Positions 11,848 to 24,555 of a stretch of 64,000 nt of DNA are shown here, in pieces. The position numbers and the translations under genes are program-made. The notes below the pieces were generated by a model. It had not been told where the DNA came from. It saw only the letters and a list, made by a program, of their open reading frames with translations, and searched no databases. Source of the stretch: Eledone cirrhosa. Lineage: Eukaryota. The stretch lies in NCBI GenBank assembly GCA_964016885.1, contig CAXHJY010000151.1:1-64000 (forward strand), read 5' to 3'. How positions within the stretch are numbered: position 1 is the stretch's first letter; every line of letters begins with the position of its first letter.

Positions 11848-12722
11848 GTAGGTCACTGGTTGAGTCGGTATTAACCACAGTAACTAAGGTACTCAATACA
11901 TATTAGATATAGGTGTCTTTCTAATTGCTGGCCTTGTTCATAAGGTATACACAAGTATGATGTGTGTCTGTTTAACTGTACGTGTGAAAACATCGCGAAA
12001 TTGCGCCTTTTAATATTTGAATATAAACAGTTAAAAAATAATTATTTTAGTAATTTTTAAATATCGATAATGTGTATATAAATATTAGAAATCAATTTAA
12101 TTAGTTCAGTAACATTACTCGGAGTTAAGATAAACCTTCATTTGAAGAAATTCGAGATTTGACCAAATAAATAGATTATGTGATCAATAAAAAAAATATG
12201 TATACGCGCTTGAACGACGGGTTGCAGACAGTCAGGCATACAGACACATATTTTAAAGCGTGCGACGTTAAAAGTGTTACTCTCTCTCTTTTTAGATAGA
12301 TAGACTTAATTAAAGCAGTTTCACTCTCTCTATATTTCATCAGCTCTCTCTTAAATTGAAAGATTCATTAAGGCTGAAATAATCTAAACAGTAACATCAT
12401 TTTTCGCCAGCTCTAGCTTGCGTCCAGAGATATACACACACATATATATATATTTTTTTTGTTATCGAGTTGAGCTTTGCCAAGCATAGAATTCCAAATT
12501 TGACCATCTCCACTGAAAATGTTCGTGAAATAGTCTTTAAGAAGCAATTTAATTTTTTCCAACTGAAACTGTAAGTATTTTAAAATTTATTTCAACATGG
12601 TCTTAAAAGATTGTTGGCTTTTTTTAAATTCATAACTATTTACTATGAAATATAAATTATTAAATCCAATTTATTTGATAACCATGATTTGATTTTATAA
12701 TTACCTGAATCACGTTAACATG

Positions 12723-12769
<47 letters not shown>

Positions 12770-13022
12770 GTGTGTGTATATATATATATATATAATAATT
12801 GTTTCTACGTTACGCAGTGTATTACTGGTACTGTATTTTACGATATTAAATATTAAATATTAACTATTAGATATTAAATATTAAATATTAGATATTAGAT
12901 ATTAAATATTAAATATGATATCCCTGAAATATATATAATGAAATAAATATGGTTTTATAAATGTAATTTCCATTTGTTTAATACCAAATATATATATATA
13001 TATATATATGTATTTATGTATA

Positions 13023-13082
<60 letters not shown>

Positions 13083-13308
13083 GCAGACACAGACACAGAA
13101 TATCGTATATATCACACACACACAATTAAGATTTGACGTGTTGCAGACAGCCAGACATACAGAGAGATATTTTAAAGCGTGCGACCTTAAATGCCTTACT
13201 CTTTCTCTTATCAAAAGAGAAAGAGTAATGCTAACACTTACGTCTACTTCACGCTCTCTTGAACCGTTACAGAAATTGCATCACATCTAATTATAACTTT
13301 GTACGTTT

Positions 13309-13934
<626 letters not shown>

Positions 13935-13935
<1 letters not shown>

Positions 13936-16900
13936 TAATAATAATAATAATAATGAAATGATTGTGTACAGTGCTCAGGTGCACTACAACTCATCAAAGG
14001 TGCATGTATAGTACATAGAATAATGTACAAATGTCAGGAAAATAAACAGTGTATGAGTCATGATATAATAACAATAACAATAATGAAATATTGTGCACAG
14101 TGCCCAGGTGCACCACAACCCATCAAAAAAGTGCATGTACAGTACATAGGGCAATGCACAAACATCAGTAAAATGAACAGTGCACACATGTGTGCATGTG
14201 TATGGAAGGGGCACATCAGGTGTAGTTTTGGCGTATTTCGGGAAGCATGAGTGTCTTAAAGGATGCAGTGTCTCGGCAGCTAACAATTGACGCAGGCAGT
14301 TTGTTCCATGTTTCAGCAACTCTGAGCGTGAAAAAATGTCTGCGAAAGTCATGGGAGCTGTGCTGTTTTCTTATCTTGTAGGCATGTCCACGTGTGTTAG
14401 ACACATGGAGATCAAAGAGGCGCTCAGGGTTGCAGTTGGCGAGATGGTTAAAAACTTTGTGGGTATTCACCAAGTCCACTGCCAGATGTCGGAGCTTCAA
14501 TGAATCCATGCCCAGGGAAGCAAGGCGTTCAGAGTATGGTAGGTGTCTGATGGAGGGTATGCGCTTGGTTGCACGTCTCTGAACAGCTTCCAGGAGGTCA
14601 ATGTTCCGAGCAAGATAGGGGTTCCAGACTGATGATGCGAATTCCAAGTGTGGTCGCACCATAGCTGTATACAGTTTTAAATAGATGGCTGGAGAGCGGC
14701 TAACAAAGGTCTTGCTGAGTGATGCCAAGACACCCTCGGCCTTCTTGACAATCTTAGAGACATGCTTTGTCCAACGCAAATCGTTGCCGACAGTAATGCC
14801 CAGGTCACGTTCACAAGAGGACTTTTTGATGTCAGTGTTGTGGAGGGAGTATGTGGACGCTGGATTTTTCCTTCCAAAATGCATGGTGGTACACTTGTCC
14901 ACAGCCAGCTTCAGTTGCCAGTCTGTGATCCATTGCTGCATTGTGTCCAGGTCTGATTTTAGGAAAGAGTTGTAAATTTCAGGATCAGTCCTTTTGATTT
15001 CAAGGTACAGCTTGATGTCATCTGCATATTTTAGTACCGTGGCATTCTGTAAGTTGGCATCTATGTCATTAATATATGCCACAAACAAAAGAGGACCAAG
15101 AACAGATCCCTGTGGTACACCAGATGACATCTCATATGGTGAAGAATGCTGTCCTAGAACCGTGACTACTTTCCTTCGGCTGAGAATGAAGGATTTCAGC
15201 CAGTCGAAAAGATCATCCCTCACACCCATTGCAGAGAGTTTTGCCATAAGTCTTTTGTGTGGCACAGAATTAAAAGCCTTAGCAAAGTCAAGGTAAACAA
15301 CATCCACCCATGAGCCGCTGTCAGTGATCCGGGTGATGTCCTCAAGGAACTCGATAAGCTGATCACAGCAGCTGGAGTTAGGGATAAATCCAAACTGTGA
15401 GGGCCGGATGAGGCTGTGAGAGCTCCAGAAGTTCCAAAGTGTTTCTCTGACACAGGATTCCATCAGTTTGGCCATACAGCTAGTAAGACTGACTGGACGA
15501 TAGTTGACAGGTGACATGCGGTTGCCCTTTTTGAACAGGGGAATGACACTGGCAGTTTTCCACTGCTCCGGAGTAGCACCATTGCTGAGACAGTATTGAA
15601 AGAAAAAAGAAAGCTGGCGCAAAAGGAAATCCCCGCCACGTTTGAGAAGCAGGTATGTCACACCATCAAGACCAGGGGAGGCATAGTTGCGCTTATTCTT
15701 AAGGTGACGTCGCAACATTGCAGGTGTAAATTCCATAGTTGTTATGGAATTTGATGTTAGAGATGGTGGAGATGGTACATTCTGGTTTTCAACAGTAAAA
15801 ATACTTGCATAGCACTCAGCAATGAGTTCTGCGCATTCCTTGGGATCGTCAGTGATCTGGCTTGTGTGGGGATTGCGAAGAGGACCAACTGGAGAGTGAG
15901 GTCTCTGCTTTGAATGAACATATTTCCAGAACACCTTACTGTCAGGATTGGTTGCGATGCACTGTTCAAATTCAAGCACTGCCTTCTTTGTCACTTGCTT
16001 GAGATGGTTAGAAGATTTATTCCGCTTTTTTCTGTTGGCATCTGATCTATGCAGTTTATATTCCCGTTCAGCGTTCCGACGTTCTTTCCTGGCAAGTCGG
16101 ACTGCTGAAGTTTCCCAGATTGCACTTTTGGGGTGGTTATTTTTCCGCTTCCGTGGCACTGATGCTGCACACGCTATCCATATTGAGTCCAGGATGCTCT
16201 GGAGTATAGAGTTCACATCTCCAGAGTTATACATCTCATGCCAGTTTGGGCGCTGTAGCTCAGTGCAGTACAAGTTCCAATCCGCCCTCTTCCAATCAAA
16301 GCAAGCAGATTGGAGATGGCTCTGGTTTTTGTTGCTGCCCTCAAGTGCCAGATTGGCAATGATCATAGCATGATCAGAGTCGCCTAGAGGTTCCTCAGTA
16401 GTACAACTGATAACCACTTCAGGAGTAGTGGTGAAGATCAGGTCCAAAGTGTTGTCACCTCTTGTTGGAGAGGTGACTACTTGTGACCAGTTTGAGTCCA
16501 GCACTAGTTCAAGGAAATCGTTTGCACCCTGTGGCCAACGAAAGGTTTCCCAATCGATCTCAGGATGATTGAAGTCACCTGCAATAAACACATAAGTGGC
16601 TGTTTTCTTGGCAGCAACTCTGAGGATATCGCAAAGCTGTGTGTCCTGATGGTAGTTTGGGGGGCGATAAACAACACCAAGCAGAAGTGTTGACATGGTC
16701 ATACGTATGTCACAGAAAAAAACTTCTTCCTGTGATTCGTTCAAATCAACGCAAGGAATTACCGAAAAGTTTGAACGAACGTAGACCATCACACCACCAC
16801 CACGGCGGTTAATGCGGTCCTTGCGGAAAAGGTTGTACCCAGTAATGGTGAAAACCCCATCACAGAGTAAGGAATGTGCCCATGTTTCCGTGACTGTGAT

Positions 16901-17192
16901 GAAGTCAGGGTCGATGCTTCTGACGTAGGATTCGAACAGATGTATCTTGTTGCATAAACTGCGAGCATTTAAGGACAACAATTTGTACCCTGCTCGCAGT
17001 CTATGATGGTGTGTAGAGGGTGGCAGGTTGTTCTGGTTTAGTTTCCCAGAGTTGTAGCAGTTTTTACATTGCCAGTTATTGTGGGTAGATCACACTCAGA
17101 CCAGCTGGTATCTCTCTTCCACGTTTCACCCGCCTTGACAAACCTCCAGATCTGCCCATCATCACGCAGACTGAAACTTTCATCTTGTGCTG
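13935..17192 (-). mobile_element. CR1-clade LINE, 5'-truncated within the end of ORF1, ORF2 intact
   Basis: (ATT)n tail at 13935-13953 on the minus strand. ORF1 tail ends ...TTLGN* at 17038. Absent from copy 2. Confidence 0.92.
14216..16981 (-). CDS. CR1 ORF2: AP endonuclease plus reverse transcriptase (921 aa, no upstream ATG)
   Basis: Motifs LNARSL, TETW, GDFNHP, LDL, SDH, NYRPVSLTS, YLDFAKAF, SGVPQGSVLGPLLF, YADD and the CR1-typical ERDLG, VRPHLEF, FFTLRV. Confidence 0.95.
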   Translation of the reverse strand: MLSLNARSLCNKIHLFESYVRSIDPDFITVTETWAHSLLCDGVFTITGYNLFRKDRINRRGGGVMVYVRSNFSVIPCVDLNESQEEVFFCDIRMTMSTLLLGVVYRPPNYHQDTQLCDILRVAAKKTATYVFIAGDFNHPEIDWETFRWPQGANDFLELVLDSNWSQVVTSPTRGDNTLDLIFTTTPEVVISCTTEEPLGDSDHAMIIANLALEGSNKNQSHLQSACFDWKRADWNLYCTELQRPNWHEMYNSGDVNSILQSILDSIWIACAASVPRKRKNNHPKSAIWETSAVRLARKERRNAEREYKLHRSDANRKKRNKSSNHLKQVTKKAVLEFEQCIATNPDSKVFWKYVHSKQRPHSPVGPLRNPHTSQITDDPKECAELIAECYASIFTVENQNVPSPPSLTSNSITTMEFTPAMLRRHLKNKRNYASPGLDGVTYLLLKRGGDFLLRQLSFFFQYCLSNGATPEQWKTASVIPLFKKGNRMSPVNYRPVSLTSCMAKLMESCVRETLWNFWSSHSLIRPSQFGFIPNSSCCDQLIEFLEDITRITDSGSWVDVVYLDFAKAFNSVPHKRLMAKLSAMGVRDDLFDWLKSFILSRRKVVTVLGQHSSPYEMSSGVPQGSVLGPLLFVAYINDIDANLQNATVLKYADDIKLYLEIKRTDPEIYNSFLKSDLDTMQQWITDWQLKLAVDKCTTMHFGRKNPASTYSLHNTDIKKSSCERDLGITVGNDLRWTKHVSKIVKKAEGVLASLSKTFVSRSPAIYLKLYTAMVRPHLEFASSVWNPYLARNIDLLEAVQRRATKRIPSIRHLPYSERLASLGMDSLKLRHLAVDLVNTHKVFNHLANCNPERLFDLHVSNTRGHAYKIRKQHSSHDFRRHFFTLRVAETWNKLPASIVSCRDTASFKTLMLPEIRQNYT

Positions 17193-17255
17193 TATATATA
17201 TATATATACACACGTGTGTGTGTATTTATGTATATATATATATATACACACACAC

Positions 17256-17297
<42 letters not shown>

Positions 17298-17414
17298 GTG
17301 TGTGTGTGTATATATATTTATATATATATACACACACGTGTGTGTGTATATATATATATATATATACACGTGTGTGTGTATTTATATATATATATATATA
17401 CACACACACGTGTG

Positions 17415-17445
<31 letters not shown>

Positions 17446-17465
17446 GTGTGTGTATATATATATAT

Positions 17466-17815
17466 CTGTCTCTCTCCCTGTCTCTCACTCTCCCTCTATC
17501 CCCCCTCTCTCTCTCTGTCTCTCTCTCCCCCCCCCTCTCTCTCTCTAGTAGTAGAGAGAGACAAAGAGAGAGAGATATAAACGTATAACCCTAACCAAAC
17601 CCTAACCCAACCCTAACCCCAACCCTAACCCTAACCTAACCCTAACCCATCTCTCTCTCTCTCTCACCCCCTCTCTCTCTCTCTAGTAGTAGAGAGAGAG
17701 ATATAAACGTATAACCCTAACCCAACCCTAACCTCTCTCTCTCTTCTCTCTCTCTCTCTCCCCTCTCTCTCTCTATTCCCCCCTCTCTATTTCCCCCCCC
17801 TCTCTCTCTAGTAGT

Positions 17816-17846
<31 letters not shown>

Positions 17847-17900
17847 TATAAACGTATAACCCTAACCCAACCCTAACCCTAACCCAACCCCAACCCTAAC

Positions 17901-17932
<32 letters not shown>
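17466..17932. repeat. Composite repeat (CT)n-AGTAGT-(AG)n-ATATAAACGTATAA-(CCCTAA)n
   Basis: About 3 modules here and about 5 at 55059-55755. Contains short telomere-like tracts. Confidence 0.85.
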
Positions 17933-17935
<3 letters not shown>

Positions 17936-18059
17936 TTTTTAACATTGTTTTGTTTTTCTTTTCTTTTCTTATTCAGATGACAAACGGCAGAGGATACAAC
18001 AGAAGAAAAGAACAAAGATAATTATTATTATTATTACTATTATTATTTGTTTTATTATA

Positions 18060-18790
18060 ATCAAAATATGCTGTTAGTTAGATCTGCATTGTGTACATTT
18101 TATATAATTTATGCCAGTTCCTTTTCTGCATATCGAACATGGCCATTTCCCTGACGGAATAGAGTTTTGTCCTCTTTCGTGACACAAAGTACAGCCAGCG
18201 GCATCATTGCGGACAGACTTAATCCCGAATTGCACTGACACACTGCCTCGCAATACGGAACACCGCACGTCTTTGATCTTCTTCCCGTCGATCAGCCTCC
18301 TTGCCATGCTAAGTACACCTGACGTCTAGCTTCTCTCTTAGCGGCGGCTTTATATTCTTCTCTACTCCCACTAATTTTCCAAGCATTCCATGCTAGCCTT
18401 TAGTCTCCAATGGCCCGATCTACCGTGCTGTCCCACCACCATGTCACTCTCTGTCTGGTTGGAACTCTGATCCAGCCACAAGTTTAATCAGTAGCCTGCA
18501 ATAAGTTGTCACATAAGAAAATCGAGTTCTCATGTATGTCATACGACTGTGAATCGTCTTCTTTTTCGTCATACACATATTGAAGGGCTTTCCTAAATTT
18601 CTATTTTAGTGAAATCTCTTTTAGCTTCCAGACCTTTCTTTTTTCCACATCTTCCTGTATGTCTCAATCATACCTGGAGCTGTCCAACATGACCATTGAA
18701 ATCCCCTGCTAGCATAACGATGTCTCCGTCCTGTCATTGTGGCTGTTTGTAAAAATTGCTTGTAAATGAAGTCTTTCTTTTCTTTACCTA
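18060..18790 (-). pseudogene. Rearranged RTE-like LINE fragments
   Basis: GKWPCSICRKG peptide, and the reverse complement of the same linker region seen at 6745-7040. Partly re-duplicated at 19960-20350. Confidence 0.7.
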
Positions 18791-19509
18791 GCAGAAGCAA
18801 TTAACACTAACCCAACTGTAACACTAACCCTAACACTAACTTATGCAGGCCTAGGTAAAGACAAGAAAGATAAAACAAGGAGTGATGCTTCTTGAATTTT
18901 GTGATGCAAGTGTTTTAACCATTTGCAAAACCAACTTCCACAAACCTGCCTCACTGCCGCCTAATAACCTACAAATCAGGCAAGCACAGAAGCCGGATTT
19001 CTCGGTAGTTAGGCAGCGAGACAGACAGATGGGGTGTGAAGTACCAGGGTGTGCCCCGGGGAGGAATGTTTCCCACAGCGTGGGTTGGTTGTTGGTGATG
19101 TCTCGGTTATCTTGAGACGGAGTGAGACGTGCAGGAATACTCTCACGGAATCGCCAAATGAGGTTTATTTTTCAACATAGTCCCTGGAATGAAACAATGT
19201 GGTTATTAAGAAGAATTGAAATTAATGTAAGATTTCACAGATCTATGATCAATCCTTCACAGTCAGCTTACAAAGTTTTCAGCCAAACCTTGTGTATTTC
19301 CAACATTTCAAACCCTATCTAGGACTACATTATCTAATGTACAGTACAGTAGTTAGTATTAGTGGCTATCAGACATAGTGTATCTAAATGCAACATTTTT
19401 AACATTGTTTTTTTTTTCTTTTCTTTTCTTTTCTTATTCAGATGACAGACGGCAGAGGATACAATAGAAGAAAAGAACAATGATAATTATTATTATTATT
19501 ATTGTTGTT

Positions 19510-19905
19510 ATTCCTTGAATCTCAGTCATTGATGTTGGTTAACTGGAAAGTCCGTTGGAATGAATATCAAGCCACTACCTGCAGCCTCAGATATTCAGGA
19601 CGTATCGGAGGGTTCTTGCTGTTCCAAGCAAGCATGCCTTTTGAAGCGTTCCAAAAAGCGTGAAGGGGCCGATTTTCTTTAACCATCCCTGGAAACTTTT
19701 GGAGATGGACAAAAAACTGGAACACAATAGACCTGACCTGGTGGTTGTGGACAAAGAAAAAAGATCGTGTCTGATTGTGGATGTGGCCTGCCCGTTCAAC
19801 ACGAGAGTGCAAGAGAAGGAGAGGGAGAAAATTAACCGATACCAGGACCTAAAGTGGGAGGTGAAAAGGATTTGGAACTTCCATGAAGTCAAAGTGATCC
19901 CGATT
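19510..19905 (-). mobile_element. Short R4/Dong-like (restriction-like endonuclease) non-LTR insertion with 5' inversion
   Basis: Plus strand encodes HNRPDLVVVD...IVDVACP...EKINRYQDL...VIPI. Minus strand encodes the following C-terminus SISKSF...LQKACLLGTARTLRYVLNI*. Flanked by (TAT)n on both sides. Confidence 0.8.
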
Positions 19906-19906
19906 G

Positions 19907-19947
<41 letters not shown>

Positions 19948-20504
19948 TATTATTTGTTTTATTATAATCAAAATATGCTGTTAGTTAGATCTGCATTGTG
20001 TACATTTTATATAATTTATGCCAGTTCCTTTTCTACATATCGAACATGGCCATTTCCCTGACGGAATAGAGTTTTGTCCTCTTTTCTACTCATCAACACT
20101 CATTCGTGACACAAAGTACAGCCAGCGGCATCATTGCGGACAGACTTAATCCTGATTTGCACTGACACACTGCCTCGCAATACGGAACACCGCACGTCTT
20201 TGATCTTCTTCCCGTCGATCAGCCTCCTTGCCATGCAAAGTACACCTGACGTCTAGCTTCTCTCTTAGCGGCGGCGGCTGTATATTCTTCTCTACTCCCA
20301 CTAATTTTCCAAGCATTCCATGCTAGTCTTTAGTCTCCAATGGCCCGATCTACAGTTTCTGTCTCAACTCGTCTATGCTTGGTCGTTCCCGCACATTGAC
20401 ATTGCACATCCAACGGAGCATGCTTGCTTCATTTCTCTCCAGCCGTCGCATGTCCTCTGCAGTTGCTGCCCGTGTCTCACTACCATGCAGCATCGCGCAT
20501 CTAA

Positions 20505-21382
20505 ACCTGGCCCTTACCCTAACCCCAACCTCTTTGGTTTTCGTTTTCTCGACGGCTAGCCGCATTTCGTGATCCGCCTTTCGATTGCGCTTCCGTCGCG
20601 GCAAAAGAATTGCCTTTCCAGACCGCCGTCGCCCGACCGGACCCATGATAGAAGACGTTCGTTACCGTTGGAGCAACGCAAATTACTCCTCGGTTGACGC
20701 CAAAAACGAACGCCTTCCCGCCTCGCGCCGCCTTCTCCTCGCCGACCCTCGGCCTCGACGATTAGCCACTTTCCGTCACAGCAGTAGATACGCGTCCGTC
20801 GTAATAGCCGTCATTTTAACGCAGGAGAAACGCCTAATTGCCCTGCACCGCGTTTGACGGCGATCTACGACGGCGACGATGCGCGCACTCTTCCTTGCTG
20901 CGACGAAGGTTTCGGCTTTTCGTCGTGGACCCGGTCAGGTCATGCCGCTGACCTCGCGTTACGGCGACGCGAGAAGACGTTCGTTACCGCTGGAGCAACG
21001 CAAATTACTCCTCGGTTGACGCCAAAAACGAACGCCTCGCGCCGCCGCTTCCTCCTCGGCCTCGACGATTAGCCGCTTTCCGTCACAGCAGTAGATACGC
21101 GTCCATCGTAATAGCCGTCATTTTAACGCAGGAGAAACGCCTTGACGACGATATACGACGGGTCGACGACGCGCGCACTCTTTCTGCTGCGACGAAGGTT
21201 TTGGCTTTTCGTTGTGGACCCGGTCGGGTCATGCCTCTGACCTCGCGTTGCGTCGCCACCGCCGCGGCGGGCTTGGGTTTAGCCGTAGCTACCCTCGTTT
21301 TGCCAACGGCGACGCGAGAAGACGTTCGTTACCGCTGGAGCAACGCAAATTACTCCTCGGATGAGGCCAAAAACGAACGCTG
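20505..21382 (+). repeat. Diverged copies of the rDNA-spacer/ETS-like sequence, without the 18S piece
   Basis: Shares long blocks with 27491-28900, including 3 copies of GACGTTCGTTACCG.TGGAGCAACGCAAATTACTCCTCGG. Preceded by a short CCCTAA-like tract. Copy at ~58327-59204. Confidence 0.9.
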
Positions 21383-21459
21383 AAGAGATATTGTCCATGG
21401 ATATCGGGAATTTTACCCGCCCTAGATAGATAGATAGATAGGGATGTATGTATGTATGT

Positions 21460-21501
<42 letters not shown>

Positions 21502-21880
21502 GTATGTATCTTTCTCATTCTCTCTGTATGTATGTATGTATGTATATATATATAATTATATATTTATAGACATCCTGAAAGCTTTTTAAATGTCTGAGAG
21601 ATTGGCTAAATATGTTTTGCAGGTATGACCAGTAAGAGAGAGGTAAGTTATTTCAAAACAATTCTTTGACCATTATTTTAAGGTACTATCTCAGTGTATT
21701 TTTAAATTGACCTCTTGATAGGATGAAATGACCTGTATAATTTTTTTCATATTTAGATGGAATAGAAGAAAAACAAGAAAAATGAAATGAATTCAAACAG
21801 AAAATATACACCAATGCCAATGGAGGTATGATTTCAGTTTAATCTTAACCTAATGACCACTTTACAGAGTGTACTGGATA

Positions 21881-21961
<81 letters not shown>

Positions 21962-22399
21962 AGGAAGCTCCAACCGTTAAGGTTGTCTTTCCATTTATTA
22001 ATATATTGTGTATTTACTCCACTAAACTGTTGAGTGCTTTATATCAGTTATAAAAAAATTTCAGCTTGTTGAATCCCAAAATAGTTGTTGAAACAGCCAC
22101 AGCTCAGCCGTCGGGGTCCTGAATATTTATCATATATATATACGTATGAGTGTGTGTGTTTTGAGAATTAATAATTATATAAACAAGTTTGTAATGAACA
22201 ATTTATTTCTTATCAAAACTGTATAAACATGATATTATTTACAGTAAGAATAACAATAATAATGATGGTTTCTAGTAAAGGTGGAAGGCCAGTAATTTGG
22301 GGGAGGGGAAAGTTGATTAAATCGAAGAGAGAAAGAAAGAAAAAACAGAACGGGAAGGAGAGGGGATGGCAAGAGGTCCGGTGTCGCAGGAGAGAGGGG

Positions 22400-22910
22400 A
22401 GGGTGGTTGAGCTTTGAGTCTAGGGCAAGAGGGCAGAAATGCTGCGCCCCACGGATAAGACGGCAAAAATATTCTCGCGGACGATGGCCAGAGATACCCA
22501 ATGCAACAACCACCCAACCTCGCGGTGTTCCCTCCTCAGATGGGCTGCTGACTCTCCGATCTTTTGGAGGAGCTCGGCAGTACAAGGTCCAAGTACTCCT
22601 GGGGTCTCGACGTTGACTGGTGCAGAGAGGAAGTGGCCGGACAATCCTCGGTATTTGTTTATTTTACGTTCTTCTGCGAGGTGGGCTGCGATGCCGGGGT
22701 TTGTGACCGAAACGACTTGGAAACGAAGTTGTAGGCGGAGATTGTGTCGTAGCTGGTGGTGTCCCAGATGAGGGACCTACGTCCTTCGAATGGGAAGAGA
22801 GTGATTCCGTCGGGGCGCTTGCCATCTCCGGGACCTGTTGGCCCCAGTTGTGATGGGAAGCCAGCTGCGTCCAGGCTTCTTCTCAATATGTCGTTGACAA
22901 CGACGTGTAT
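22400..22910 (-). pseudogene. CRE-like non-LTR retrotransposon RLE-domain fragment
   Basis: DGKRPDGITLFPFEGRRSLIWDTT and downstream F.APVNVET.GVLGP...LAI.R.N motifs, frameshifted. Confidence 0.7.
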
Positions 22911-23454
22911 CTATTCAATAATTATTTGAATATTGAAATTTTAGGTTTAACTACCTTTTAAACCAAATACATTAAGAAAGGCATGACCAACACCACATCA
23001 TTTTTATTTCTATTTTGAAAGTAGGTTTATAAGTATTAAATTTCAGTAGATTCTTATATCCTTCATGGTGGTCTGGTGGGAGATACGAGAGATGGTGGAG
23101 GTTCTGGTCTGGGGTTCAATCCTGCTCAGGAGATACTCTAAGGGGGTTCATACTAAACTTCTTCAGTGTTTCTTATCTCTAGAGACAAATATATATACAT
23201 AAGGTAATCTGGTAAAGTTGTTAGAACATCACATAGAATTCTTTGTAGTATTTTTTCCAGTTCTTCAATCTGAGTTCAACTTTACTTTTCTTCCATTCGG
23301 GGTTGATAATAACGTACCAGTCAAATACTAGGGGTTAATTCTTCCTCTATATCTCTTTCTCACTCTCTGTCTGTTTTATTAAGACCTGGAGAGGTGATGT
23401 ACTCTACCAGGTTTTATAATGAGTGATGGGGTCATACCTGCCTGCTACACCTCT

Positions 23455-23775
23455 GTGTACTAAGTGTAGCATATTATATCCTTGTTCAGGGCCTTCCTGA
23501 CATTACTGTGTACTAAGGGTAGCATTTTATATCCTTGTTCAGGGCCATCTTAACATTGCTGTGTACTAAGTGTAGCATATTATATCCTTGTTCGGGGCCT
23601 TCCTGACATTAGTGTGTACTGAGTGTAGATTTTAACATCCTTGTTCTGGGCCTTCCTAACATTACTGTGTACTGAGTGTAGATTTTAACATCTTTGTTCA
23701 GAGCCTTCCTTACATTACTGTGTACTAAGTGTAGCATTTCATATACTTGTTCTGGGCCTTCCTAACGTTACTGTG
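23455..23775. repeat. 53-bp minisatellite (~6 copies)
   Basis: Unit ~TGTGTACTAAGTGTAGCATATTATATCCTTGTTCAGGGCCTTCCTGACATTAC. Confidence 0.9.
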
Positions 23776-23779
23776 GAAA

Positions 23780-24555
23780 TAGTAGTTTATATCCAATATG
23801 TAATATAGATATGGATTCTACAGGACTAAAACTCATTAATATGAGGGGTATTAGTAGATTATATGCCATATTTAATAGAGAAATGGCTTCTACAAGACTA
23901 AAACTCATTAATATGAGGGGTATTACAGTTTATATGCCATATTTAATACAGAAATGGCTTCTAAAGGACTAGAACTCTTTAAATTGAATAAAATAGTAGT
24001 ATATATCCTATGTTTAATACAGAAATGCCTTCTAAAGGACTCATTAATATGAGGGTATTAGTAGATTATATAACATATTTAATACAGAAATGGCTTTTAA
24101 ATTCAGGGACTCGTTAATTTGATGGAAATAGTAGTGTCTATGCAATATTTAATACAGAAATAGCTTCTACAGGACTAAAACTAATTAATATGAGGGGTAT
24201 TAGTAGTATATGTGCCATATTTAATACAGAGATGGCTTCTAAATGGAGGTATCTCATTAATTCGATTGAAATGGTAGTGTATATGCAATATTTAATACAG
24301 AAATAGCTTCTACAAGAATAAAACTCATTAATATGAAGGTTATTATTACATTATATGCCATATTTAATACAGAAATCGGTTCTAAAGGACTAGAACTCTT
24401 TAATTCAAATCAAATAGTAGTATAAAGCAATATTTACTACAGAAATGGCTTCTACAAGACTAAAAATCCTTAATATGAGGGGTATTGTTAGATTATATAC
24501 CATATTTAATACAGAAATGGCTTCTAAATGAAGAAATCTCTTTAATTCGATAGTA
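23780..24555. repeat. ~71-bp AT-rich minisatellite (~10 copies)
   Basis: Recurrent ATATTTAATACAGAAATGGCTTCTA...ATTAATATGAGGGGTATT. Confidence 0.88.

Noticed and set aside
17586-17902. A true chromosome end
   Set aside because: The CCCTAA tracts are short, degenerate, internal and embedded in a composite repeat.
17941-18020. Splice acceptor-like TTTTCTTATTCAG plus short exon (also ~19420)
   Set aside because: No donor site or coherent ORF follows, and it is part of a locally duplicated repeat module.
21400-21426. Possible Helitron 3' end (CGGG...CCCG then CTAG) after the orphan spacer cluster
   Set aside because: The hairpin is only ~2 nt from CTAG, the next base is A rather than T, and no matching 5' end was found.
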